Part shown: one piece after another, positions 25,701-37,284 of the stretch
Layout of the letters: each line of letters starts with the position of its first letter
How positions within the stretch are numbered: the stretch's first letter is position 1
Assembly: GCF_009914755.1 (NCBI RefSeq)
Contig: NC_060935.1
Direction: 5' to 3' (one strand)
From: the human T2T-CHM13v2.0 reference genome, Homo sapiens
Length of the DNA: 64,000 bases
Made by a program: the position numbers and the translations under genes
Notes under the pieces: generated by a model
Told to the model about the DNA's origin: nothing
Databases searched by the model: none
Seen by the model: only the letters and a program-made list of their open reading frames with translations

Positions 25701-28700
25701 AATGTTTCCAGACTCTAGAATGAAGCAAAAAGTTTAACTCTGCCAGAGGAATGCACACATCACACAGCAGTTTCTCAGATAGCTTTCTTCTAGTTTTTTT
25801 TCCTGGGATATTTGCTTTTTTACCATTGGATCCAATGAGCTCAAAAAGTGTCCATTTGCAGAATGGACAAACACAGTGTTTCCAAATTATTGAATCCAAA
25901 GAAAGGTTTAACTCTGTGAGGTGAATGCACACATCACAAAACAATTTCTCAGAAAGCTTCTTTCTAGTTTTTATCTCGAGATATTTCCTTTTTCACCATA
26001 CGCCTCAATGTACTCCCAAATATCGCTTCTCAGAGTCTGCCAAAACAGTGTTTCCAGACTGCTGAATGAAAAGAGAAGAGTAACTCTGTGGGGTGAATGC
26101 ACACATCACAAAGTGGTTTCCCAGATAGCTTTCTTCTAGTTTTTCTCCTGGGATATTCGCTTTTTCACCATTGGCCTCAATGAGCTCCCAAATGTACATT
26201 CACAGAATGGACAAATCAGTGTTTCCAAACTGGTGAATGAAAAGAAAGGCTTAAATCCGTGAGATGAATACACACATCACAAAGCAGTTTCTCAGAAAGC
26301 TTCGTTCTACTTTTTATATGAAGATATTTCACTTTTCACCAGAGGCCTCAATGTGCTGCCAAATATAAGTTTGCAGAATCTACAAAAACAGTGTTTCCAA
26401 ACTGCTGAATGAAAGGAAAGTTTAAACTCTGAGAGATGAATGTACACATAACAAAGAAATTTCTCAGATAGCTTTATTCTAGTTTTAGTCCTGGGATATT
26501 TGCTTTTTTAACATTGGCCTCAATGAGCTCCCAAATGTCAATTTGCAGAATGGACAAAAACATTGTTCACAAACTGCAGAACCAAATGAAAGGTTAAGTG
26601 TGAGATGAATGCATACAACACAAAGCAGCTTCATAGAAAGCTTCTTCCTAGTTTTATTCTAAAGATGTTTCATTTTTCACCATAAGGCCTCTATGCACTC
26701 CAATTATCCCTTCACAGATTCTACAAAAACTGTTTTAAAACTGCTGAATCAAAAGAAAGGTTTAAATTTGCGAGATGAATGCACACATTACAAAGTGGTT
26801 TTTCAGATAGCTTCATTCTAGTTGTTACCATTGGATATTTGCTTTTTCGTCTTTGGCCTCAAAGGGCTCCCAAATGTCCATTTGCAGAATGAACAAAAAC
26901 AGTGTTTCTAAACTGCTGCATCCAAAGAAACGTTTAACTCGGTGAGGTGGTTGAATGCCCACATCACAAAGCAGTTTCTCAGAAAGCTTCTTCTAGTTTT
27001 TAAATGAATGTGTTTTATTTTTCACCATAGGCCTCAAAGTGCTCCAAAAACCCCTTTCACAGATTCTACAAAAGAGGGTTTCCAAACTGCTGAACAAAAA
27101 GAAAGGTTTAACTCTGCAAGATGAATTCAAACATCACAAAGCAGTTTCTCACATAGCTTCCTTCAAGTTTTTATCCAAGATATTCATTTTTTTGCAGTAG
27201 GCCTCAATGAGCTCCAAAATATCCCTTCACAGATCCTACAAAACAGTGTTTCCAAACTGCTGAATGAAAAGAAAGGTTTAACTTTGTGAGATGAAAGGAC
27301 TCATCACAAAGCAGTTTCTCAGGTAGTTTCCTTCTAGTTTTTATCCTGGGACATATGCTTTTCCACCATTGGCCTCAATGAGCTCCCAAGTGTCCTTTTG
27401 CAAAATGGACAAACAAAGTGTTTCCAAACTCTGAAACAAAGAAATGTTTTAACTCTGTGAGATGAATGAACACATCAAAACAGTTTCTCAGAAAGCTTTT
27501 TTCTAGTTTTTATGTGAAAATATTTCCTTTTTGAGCATAAGCCTAAATGTGCTCCCAAATATCCCTTCACGGATTCTACAGAAATGTATTTCCAAACTGC
27601 TGAATGAAAAGAAAGTTTTAAGTCTGTGAGATGAATGCACACATAACAAAGCTGTTTCTCAGATAGTTTCCATCTAGTTTTTAACTTGGGTTATTCGGGT
27701 TTTCACCATTGGCCTCAGTGAGCTACCAAATGTCCATTTACACAATGGATACCTAGAATGTTTCCAAACTGCTGAATCCAAAAAAAAAATTTGACTTGCT
27801 GAGATGAATGCACACATCACAAAGCAGTTTCTCAGAAAAGTTCTTTCTAGTTTTTATCTGAAAATGTTTTCTTTCTCACCCTAGAGATCAATGTGCTCCC
27901 AAATATCCCTACATAGATTTTAATAAGCAGTGTTTCCAAACTGCTGAATGAAAAGAAAGGTTATATCTGTAAGAGGAATGCACACATCAAAAATCAGTTT
28001 CTCAGATAGCTTCCTTCTGGTTTTTATCTTGGGATATTCGCTTTTTTGACATAAGTCTCAATGAGCTTCTAAATGTCCATCCACAGAATAGACGAAAAGT
28101 GTGTTCCCAAACTGCTGAATCAAAATAAAGTATTAACTCTGTGAGATAAATGCACACACCACAAAACAGTTTATTAAAAACCTTTCTAGTTGTTATCTGA
28201 AGGTGTTTGTTTCTTCAGCATGGGCCTCAATTTGCTCCTAATTACCCCATCATGGGTTCTACAAAAACAGTGTTTCCAAAATGCTTAACACAAAGAAATG
28301 TTTAACTCTCCGAGATAAATGCACACATCACAAAGCAGTTACTCAGATAGCTTCCTTCTAGTTTTTATCATTGGATATTCGTTTTTTCACCATTGGCCTC
28401 AATGAGTTCCAACATGTACATTCGCAGAATAGACGAAAACAGTGTTTCCAAACTGCTGCATCCAAGAAAGGTTTAAATCTGAGAAATGAATGCACACATG
28501 ACAAAGCAGTTTCTGAGAAAGCTTCTTTCCAGTTTTTAACTGAAGGTGTTTTCTTTTTCACCATAGGCCTCAATTTGCTCCCAAATACTGTATTGCAGAT
28601 TCTACCAAAACCGTTTCTCCAAAGTGCTGAATGAAAAGAAAGGTTTAACTCTTCAAGATGAATGCACACATCAGAAATCAGTTTCTCAGATAGCTTCCTT

Positions 28701-31286
28701 CTAGTTTATATCTTAGGACATTTGCTTTGTTGTCATTGGCCTCAATGAGCTCCCAAATATCCCTTTGCAGATCCTATGAAAACAGTGATTCCAAACTGCT
28801 GAATGAAAAGAAAGGTTTAACTCTGCGAGATGAATCCACACATCACAAAGTGGTTTCTCAGATAGCTTCTTTCTGGTTTTTATCCTGGGATATTCAATTT
28901 TTTGTCATTGGCCTCAATGAGATCCCAAATGTCCATTTGCAGAATGGACAACAACAGTGTTTCCAAACTCCTGAATCCAAAGTATGGCTTAAATAAGTGA
29001 GATGAATGCACACATGACAAGCAGTTTCTCAGAAATTTTCTTTCTAGTTTTTATCTGAAGTTGTTTCCTTTTTCACCATAGGCCTCAAAGCGCTCCCCAA
29101 TATCCCTTCACAGATTCTACAAAACAGTGTTTCCAAATTGCTGAATGAAAAGAAAGGTTTAACTCTGTGAGTGAATGCACACATCACAAAGCAGTTTCTC
29201 TGATAGCTTCTTTCTAGTCTTTATCCTGGGATATTTGCTTTTTGCCATTGGCCTCAGTGAAGTCCCAAATGTCCACTTGCAGAATGGACAAAAATAGCCT
29301 TTCTAAACTGCTGAATCCAAAGAAAATTTTGACTCTGTCTGATAAATACACACATCAGAAAGCAGTTTCTCAGAAAGCGTCTTTCTTATTTTTATGTGAA
29401 GATGTTTCCTTTTTAACAATAGGCATCAATGCACTACCAAATATCCCTTTGCTGATTCTACAAAAACAGTGTTTGCAAACTGATGAATGAACGGAATGGT
29501 TTAACTCTGAGAGGTGAATGCACACATCATAAAAGGGTATCTCTGATAGCTTCCATCTAGTTTTTATCCTTGGATATTCTCTTTTTCTCCATTGGCCTCA
29601 ATGAACTCCCAAATGGCAATTCAAATAGTGGACAGAAAGAGTGTTCCCAAACTGCTGAATCAAAAGGAGGGCTTATCATTGTGAGATGAATGCACACATC
29701 ACATAACAGTTTCTCAGAAAGCTTCTTCCTGGTTTTTATTTGAAGGTGTTTTGTTTTTCACCATAGACCTCAATTCATTTCCCAATACCCATTTACAGAT
29801 TATACAAAAACATTGTTTCCAAACTGCTACATGAAAAGAAATGTTTAACTCTGTGAGATGAATGCACACTTCATAGAGCAGTTTCTCAGAAAGTTTCTTT
29901 CTGGTTTTCATCTGAACATATTTTACAATAGAACTCAATGTGCTCCCACATATCCCTACATAGATTTTAATAAACAGTGTTTCCAAACTGCTGAATGAAA
30001 AGAAAGGTTTACCTCTGTGAGGAGAATGCACACATCACAAAATATTTTCTCAGAGAGTTTCCTTCTAGTTTTTATCTTGGTATATTCACTTTTTCGCCCT
30101 TGGCCTCAATGAGCTATGAAATGTCTATTCGAAGAAGGGTCAAGAACACTATTTCCAAACTGCGGAGTTCAAAGAAATGTTTAACTCTGTGAGATGAATG
30201 CACACATCACAAAGCAGTTTCTGAGAAATCTTCTTCCAGTTTTTATCTGATGATGATTCCTTTTTCACCACAGGCCTCAATGTGCCCCGAAATATCTCCT
30301 TGCAGATTCTACAAAAACAGTGTTTCCAAACTGCTGAATGAACAGAAAGGTTTAGCTCTCCTAGCTGAATACACACATCACATAGTAGTTTCTCAGGAAG
30401 TTTCCTTCCAGTTTTTATCATTAGATATTCACTTTTTCACCATTGGCCTCAATGAGCTCAACAATATCCATTTGCAGAATGGACAACAACGTGTTTCCAA
30501 ACTTCTGAATCCAAAGAAAGGTTTAACTCAGTGAGATGAATGCACACATAACAAACAGTTTCTCAGATAACTTCTTTCTAGTTTTTATCTGAAGATGTTT
30601 CCTTTTTCACCATAGGCCTCAATGCACTCCCAAATATCCCTATGGTGATTCTAAAAAACAGTGTTTCCAAACTCCTGGATGAAAAGAAACTTTGAGCTCT
30701 GTAAAGTCAATGCACACATAACAAAGATGTTTCCCAGAGAGCTTCCTTCTAGTTTTCATCCTGATATATTCACCTTTTTGCCATTGGCATCAATGAGCTC
30801 CCAAATGTCCATACACAGAATGAACAAAAACAGTGTTTCCAAACTGCTGAATCCAAAGAAAGTTTTAACTCTGTAAGATGAATGCACACATCACAAAGCT
30901 GTTTCTCTGAAAACTTTTTTCTAGTTATTATCTGAAGATATTTCCTTTTTCACCATAGGCCTCAATGTGCTCGCAAATATCCCTTTGCAGTTTTTACAAA
31001 GACAGTGTTTCCAAAGTGTTGAATGAAAAGAAAGGTTTACCTCTGTGAGGTGAATGCACACATCACAAAGCAGTTTCTCAGCTAGCTTCCTTCTAGTTTT
31101 TAACCTGGGATATTTGCTTTTTTGCCATTGACCTCAATGAGCTCCCATATGTACATTTGCAGAATGGACAAAAACAGTGTTCCCAAACTGCTGAATCCAA
31201 AGAAAGGTTTAACTCTGTGAGATGAGTGCACACATCACAACTCAGTTTCTCTGAGAGCTTATATCTACTTTTCATTGAAGATGTTT
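22773..31286 (-). repeat. Diverged alpha satellite, block 3
   Basis: ~171-bp monomers with the same two-type alternation. Confidence 0.96.
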
Positions 31287-31797
31287 TGTTGGGAGCAAGC
31301 CCCCCAATATCTGGCCATAAGCTGGTCCCAAAACTGGCCATAAATAAAATTTCTCCCACACTGTGACATGTTCATGATGACCATGATGACCACACTGGAA
31401 AGTCGTGTGTTTATCAGAATGAGGACAAGGAACACCTGATCCGCCCAGGGCAGAAAATCTCTTAAATGCGTTCTTAAAGCACAAACAATAGTATGAGTGC
31501 ATTGTGCCTTAAGGGCCTGTTCCTGCTTCAGATGACTGGCCAGATCCACCCCTTTATTTCAGCCCATCCCTTCGTTTCATGTAAGGGATAATTTTATTAA
31601 TTGAATAGGCAAAGAAACAATGCTAATGACTGGATCGCTGTTAATAAATTTGTGGGTAAATCTCCATTGATGGCTCTCAGCACTGAAGGCTGTGAAATCC
31701 CTGATTTTCCACTTCACTCCTCTATATTTCTGTGTTTTTTCTTTAATTCCTCTAGCACTTCTAGCTTAGGGTCTCCCTGACCAAGCTGGTCTTGGCA
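31287..31797 (+). promoter_or_regulatory. 5' LTR (MER9 family)
   Basis: TG...CA termini (TGTTGGG...CTTGGCA), AATAAA at 31643, followed by the PBS. Confidence 0.92.
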
Positions 31798-31799
31798 AA

Positions 31800-31817
31800 T
31801 GGCATCTATCATGGGGG
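31800..31817 (+). other. Primer binding site (degenerate, closest to tRNA-Lys) of the HML-3 provirus
   Basis: TGGCATCTATCATGGGGG lies 2 nt after the LTR. Confidence 0.75.
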
Positions 31818-31945
31818 CTCTAATCCAGATCAAGGTCACCAGAGCAAGGTTTGGAGAATGTGGAACTAGCTGGAGGACTTCCAAGTACTCTTAAAGCAAT
31901 CCCCCTTGTGAGTAAGAAGGGGAGCTTGGAAACATCATGTTAACA

Positions 31946-33214
31946 ATGGGACAAGTTTGGTCTCTGGTTCGTTTCACCTTAGAGATTTTTCACACTAATG
32001 ATGAGGAGGACGGAGAGTATAGGGAAGTAACAGAAGAGGTCACAGAGCAGGCTTATTTGCCTGTTAAAGCTAAAGTGGCAAAGGAGGGAGAGGTTCATCC
32101 TTACCCTTCTGCACACCTTCATTAAGATTTTGAAGAAAAAGACCCTCCAGATCTTTCTTTTCTAGATGACACTGGACAAAATTTGTTGCCCCGGGAACTG
32201 TTTGAGCAGCACATTGAGTGACTGCTCTTAGTTCTATTCAGGCAGGTATTCAGTAAGCTAGAAGAGGGTGATTTAGAGGCTTGGCAGACCCCTGTTAGAA
32301 TACAGCCCCCAGAACAACAGGGAATTATTTCAGCTACATTTTATCCTTTTCCTTTTAAATTACTAAAATAATTTAAAGAAGCTATAAATCAGTATGGACC
32401 AGATTCTCCTTTTGTAATGGGACTGTTAAAGGATGTTGCTGTTTTCAGTCAGATGATTCCCAGCCACTGGGACACTCTTACTCGAGCTAGTCTAACTCCT
32501 GCTTAGTTTTTACAATTTAAAACTTGGTGGGCAGATGAAGCCTCCATTCAGGCTGCTCACAATGCCCAGGCCCAACCTCAAATTAATATAATTGCAGACG
32601 AACTTTTGGGGGTTGGCAGCTGGGTTTGTTTAGATGCACAAGTGGTCATACAGCATAATGCCATAGAACAGCTTAAGGGAGTGTGCATTAGAGGTTGGGA
32701 AAAAATCACTGCATGTGGAGAAAAATACCCTTCATTTAGTTCTATGAAACAGGGACCAAGAGAACCATACGTGGATTTTCAGCTGCTCAGGATATAGTGT
32801 TGTAGTTATTAGCTTTTGACAATACTACTCCGAATTGCCAGGCTGCTCAGTGACCTATCAGAGGGAAAGCATATTTAGTTGATATATCAAGGCCTGAGAT
32901 GGTATTGGAGGTAATCTGCATAAATCTACTTTGTTGGCACAGGCAATGGCAGGACTGAGAGTGGATAAAGGAAATACTCTATTTCCTGGAACTTGTTTTA
33001 ACTGGAGGAAGCATGGACATACTTAAAAAGAATGTGGAAAAATCAGCAAGTCAGGCTACCAGATAGGGGAAAAAAGAAAACTACTGAGCCTGAAATATGT
33101 CCAAAATGTAAAAAAGGAAAACATTGGGCTAATCAGTGTCACCCTTAGTTTGATAAAGAAGGGAACCTGATTTTGGGAAATGCCATGAGGGGCCCATCTG
33201 GGGCCGTGTTCTAA
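31946..33214 (+). pseudogene. gag: HML-3 gag remnant (matrix largely deleted)
   Basis: ATGGGACAA start joined directly to VWSLVR; QFKTWW and KQGPREPYVDF capsid motifs; two zinc-knuckle remnants at ~32991-33139. Confidence 0.85.
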
Positions 33215-34100
33215 ACTGGGGCATTTCCAGCTCAGGCCATCCTTTCAACCCTGTACAATATCTGCCCCCAACCACAGCTGGCAATGCAGCAGTAGATTTA
33301 TGCTGCACAAAAGCTGTGAGCCTTCTGCCTGGGGAATCCCTGCAAAAGGTCCCAACAGGAGTCTGCGGACCCTTGCCAGTGGGGACAATAGGATTAGTTT
33401 TAGAAAGGTCTAGTTTAAGTTTAAAAGGGGTACACATACATCCAGGAGTTATTGATTCAGATTATAATGAAGAAATTCAAATTGTTATATCTATTTCTGT
33501 TCCCTGGAAAGTAGAGCCAGGAGACAGCATAGCACAGCTCCTGATTGTGCCATATATGGGAATGGAAAACAGTTAAATTAAATGAACAGGAGGATTTGAA
33601 AGCACAGATAAGCAAGGCAAAGCAGCTTATTGGTTAAATCAAATCACTGATAAACGTCCTACTTGTGAAATAACAATTCAGGGAAATAAATTTAAAGGCT
33701 TGGTAGATACAGGAGCAGATATTTAATCATTTCTCTACAGCACTAGTCATCTGCGTGGCCAGTTCAACCCACTTAATTTAACATAGTGGGAGTTGGTAAA
33801 GCCCCTGAATTATATCAAAGTAGTTATATTTTGCATTGTGAATGGTCCGATGGACAACCTGGGACTATTCAACCAATTATAACTTCTGTACCTATAAATT
33901 TATGGGGGAGAGATTTACTACAACCATGGAGAACACAAGTTCTCATTCCAGAACAATTATATGGCCCTCAAAGTCAACATATGATGCATGAAATGGGGTA
34001 TGTTCCTGGTATGGGAATAGAAAAATATTTACAAGGTTTGAAAGAACTGCCTCAAGTGGAAAAACAAAGTTCCCGCCAAAGATTAAGAAATAATTTTTGA
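33175..34100 (+). pseudogene. pro: HML-3 pro remnant (dUTPase plus protease)
   Basis: ORF 33316-33576 is dUTPase-like (GLVLERSS, GVIDSDYNEEI, IAQLLI); GLVDTGAD at ~33697-33720; ORF 33786-34100 has PINLWGRDLL and a G-patch-like MGYVPGMGI. Confidence 0.9.
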
Positions 34101-35860
34101 TGGCCATTGTTAAGCCTCCAGAACCTGTACTTTTAAAATGGTTAACAGATAAGCCAATTTGGACAGAACAATGACTGTTAAGTAAAGAGAAACTGGAGAC
34201 TGTAGAGAAATTAGTTACTGAAAAATTAGAAAATGGGCACACAACTCCAACATTTTCCCCTTGGAATTCTCCAGTTTTGTAATTAAGAAAAAATCAGGTA
34301 AATGGAGAATGTTAACTGACTTAAGAGTATCAATTCAGTTATACAACTCATGGAAGCATTACAGCCAGAATTGCCTTCTCCTGCTATAATTCCAAAAAAT
34401 TGGACTTTAATAGTCATAGATTTAAAAGAGTGTTTCTTTACTATCCCTTGACCTGAGCAAGACTGTGAACATTTTGCTTTAGAATTCCTGCAGTAAACAA
34501 CCTGCAGCCTGGTAAGTATTTTCATTGTTTCACTGATGGGTCTCGTAATGGTGAAGCTTCTTATTCTGGCTCGAAAAGTAAAGTTTTCCAGATGCCCTAT
34601 ACTTCAGCTCAAAAAACGGAGCTTGTAGCTGTAATTGAGTTATTGACTGCTTTTGATATGCCAATTAATGTGATTTCTGATTCTTCATATGTGGTTCGTT
34701 CCACACAGTTAATTGAAAATGCTCAGTTATGATTTCCTACAAATGAACTACTGATGATTTTATTTAACCAATTGCAAACAGCAGTTAGGAGTAGAAAGCA
34801 TCCTTTTTACCTCACTCACATTAGGGCTCATACACCTCTTCCAGGACCTTTGACTGAAGGAAATCAAATGGCTGATTGCCTAGTTGCTAATACAATATGT
34901 AATGCTAGACACTTTCACAATTTAACCCATGTTAATGCCTCTGGTCTCAAATGCAGATACAGCATTACCTGGAAATAATCTAAAGTTATTATCCAGTGAT
35001 GCCCAACTTGTCAAATGGTACATTCCTCATCTTTTACAGGAGGAGTTAGTCCTCGAGGATTGGAACTTAACTGTCTTTGGTAAATGGATGTCACACATAT
35101 TCCCTCGTTTGGGAGATTAGCTTAAGTACATGTATGTGTGGAAACCTTTTCTCACTTTGTCTGGGCTACATGAAAAATCAGGAGAGTCTTCTGCCTGTGT
35201 TAAACCACACTTTTTGCAGTGTTTTGCAGTGATGGGCATTCCATATTCTATTAAAACAGATAATGCCCCAGGCTATACTATACAAGCTCTAGCTATATTT
35301 TTCTCTATGTGGAATATTAAACACATTACTCCCTAAAACAGCAGTTGCAAAAGCAGAAAGGGGGAGACAGAGGATATGGAACAGTGCAGACACAACTGAA
35401 TGTAGCATTATTAACTTTAAATTTTTTGAGCGTGCTGAAAGGCCAGATGTTATCAGCAGCTGAACAGCATCTACAGAAACCAGCTGCAAAGACAGAAGCA
35501 GAACAACTGATTTAGTGGAGAGATCTGATTACAAAAAGTAGGGAAAAAACGTAAAATCATAACTTGGGGTAGAGGTTATGCTTGTGTTTCTCCAGGCCAA
35601 AATGAACAGCTGTTTTGGATACCATTAAGACCCTGAAAACTTATCGTGAGCCAGATGCCAAGGAAGAGACTCTGGGAGGATCCTGAGGGCATCCCAGTTG
35701 CAGCCATGTTGAGATTGATGCTGAGGTGGACCCCCAACTGCCACGAGCAACACCCATTGAACACAGCCACCCACCCAGGGACAGATAAAGAAGCTGTCAC
35801 AGATGGCGGAAGAAAACTTGAGGAAAGCAGGAGAACCAGTCACAAAGTATAATTTAATGG
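34080..35860 (+). pseudogene. pol: HML-3 pol remnant (RT core deleted; RNase H and partial integrase kept)
   Basis: RT N-terminus ([31 protein letters not shown]) jumps at ~34527 to RNase H FTDGS; SAQKTELVAV, HIRAHTPLPG; integrase HHCC, MDVTH and KTDNAPGY. The 3' end is approximate. Confidence 0.88.
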
Positions 35861-36760
35861 TAGCTATGATAGCAGTTATCACCACTGCCGTGAGTATTCC
35901 TTCAACAAGAGCTGACACAGAGAACAATTTTACTTATTGGGCATATTGATCAATCTTGGCTGGCAATAATGCCTGGATGCAATCACTCTATGATGCAGTT
36001 ACACATGCTTTCTGATCTCAGTATTTTTCGTAATAAATCTGCTCCTATAATTGAGGCATACTGCCTGCAATAACATATTTGTAAACAAAATTGAACCTGG
36101 CCAGAAAATCTGAACATACTTGTTTCAGAAGATTGCATTTCAGAACTGGCAGAGGTGCTGCACAATGATTACTTGGAGTCATTATTGTTTGATCCCCTAA
36201 GGGGATGTTTAGTTTGAATTTCACATCTGAGTGTGCCTGCCATGGCCACACTATGTTCAGCTGGTCTGAACAAAATGGTCAGATGGTCGATATATTAAGA
36301 AGTATGGCAAGAGTTCCTATTATCTGGGATCATGGCAGTATAGTGGCACCTCAACTTAAATGATATGGACAGTTGTAGGAGCTAAACATAAGGATTTGTG
36401 GAAACTACTAATAGTTCTTAATAAGATCAAAATTTGGGAAAGAATAAAAAAGCATCTATAAGGACACTTACAAACCTGTTTTTGGATATTGCAGAATTAA
36501 AAGAAAAAATATATAAGGCATCCCAGGCAAACCTGAACTTAATGACAGGAACTGGAGTGCTTCAAGGAGCTGCAGACAAATTGGCAGTGAGTAACCTATT
36601 ACAATGTATAAAAAGACTTGGAAGGGCTGTGATTTCAATGATGATTGTGCTTTTAATCTATGTTGTTTGTCTTTTTATAGTCTGCTTATGCAGATCCTGA
36701 CTCCTGCAAGAAGTAGCTCGCCATGACAAAGCAGCTTTGCTTTTATTGATTTGCAAATCA
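35706..36760 (+). pseudogene. env: HML-3 env remnant (deleted across the SU/TM boundary)
   Basis: Signal-peptide motif GQIKKLSQMAEENLRK and NFTYWAY; TM C-terminus NLFLDIAELKEKIYKASQ plus a hydrophobic anchor (ORF 36434-36700). No furin site or fusion peptide is visible. Confidence 0.82.
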
Positions 36761-36773
36761 AAGAAGGTGGACA
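36760..36773 (+). other. Polypurine tract of the HML-3 provirus
   Basis: AAAGAAGGTGGACA lies directly before the TG of the 3' LTR. Confidence 0.75.
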
Positions 36774-37284
36774 TGTTAGAAACAAACCCCCCAAAATCCA
36801 GCCATAAACTGGCCCCAAAACTGGCCATAAGCAAAATCTCTACATTACTGTGACAAGTTAATGATGGTCATAATGCCCATGCTGGAAGGTTACTGGTTTA
36901 CTGAAATGAGGGCAAAGAACACCTGGCCCACCCAGGGTGAAAAACCACTTAAAGTCGTTCTTAAACCAAAAACAATAGCATGAGCAATCTGTGCTTTAAG
37001 GGCATGCTCCTCTGCTGATGACCAGCCAGATCCACAACTTTAAATTGGCCCATCCCTTCATTTCCAATAAGGTATACTTTTAATTAATCAAATAACTGTA
37101 GAAACAATTCGAATAACAGATTGCTCTTAATAAATTTGTGGATAAACATTTGTTTGGGGCTCACAGCTCTGAAGGCTGTGAGACCCCTGAATTCCCAATT
37201 CACACCTCTATATTTCTCTGTGTGTGAGTTTAATTCATCTAGTACCACTGGTTTAGGGTCTTCTTGACTGAGCTCATCTTGGGA
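36774..37284 (+). promoter_or_regulatory. 3' LTR (MER9 family)
   Basis: Direct repeat of 31287-31797; terminal CA mutated to GA; followed by the TSD. Confidence 0.92.

Larger units (their letters stand above)
31287..37284 (+). mobile_element. HERV-K(HML-3)/HERVK9 provirus, 6.0 kb, multiply deleted
   Basis: Two 511-bp MER9-type LTRs (TGTTGGGAGCAAGCCCCCC...), a perfect 6-bp TSD ATGTTT (31281-31286 and 37285-37290), PBS, PPT and gag-pro-pol-env remnants. Confidence 0.94.
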
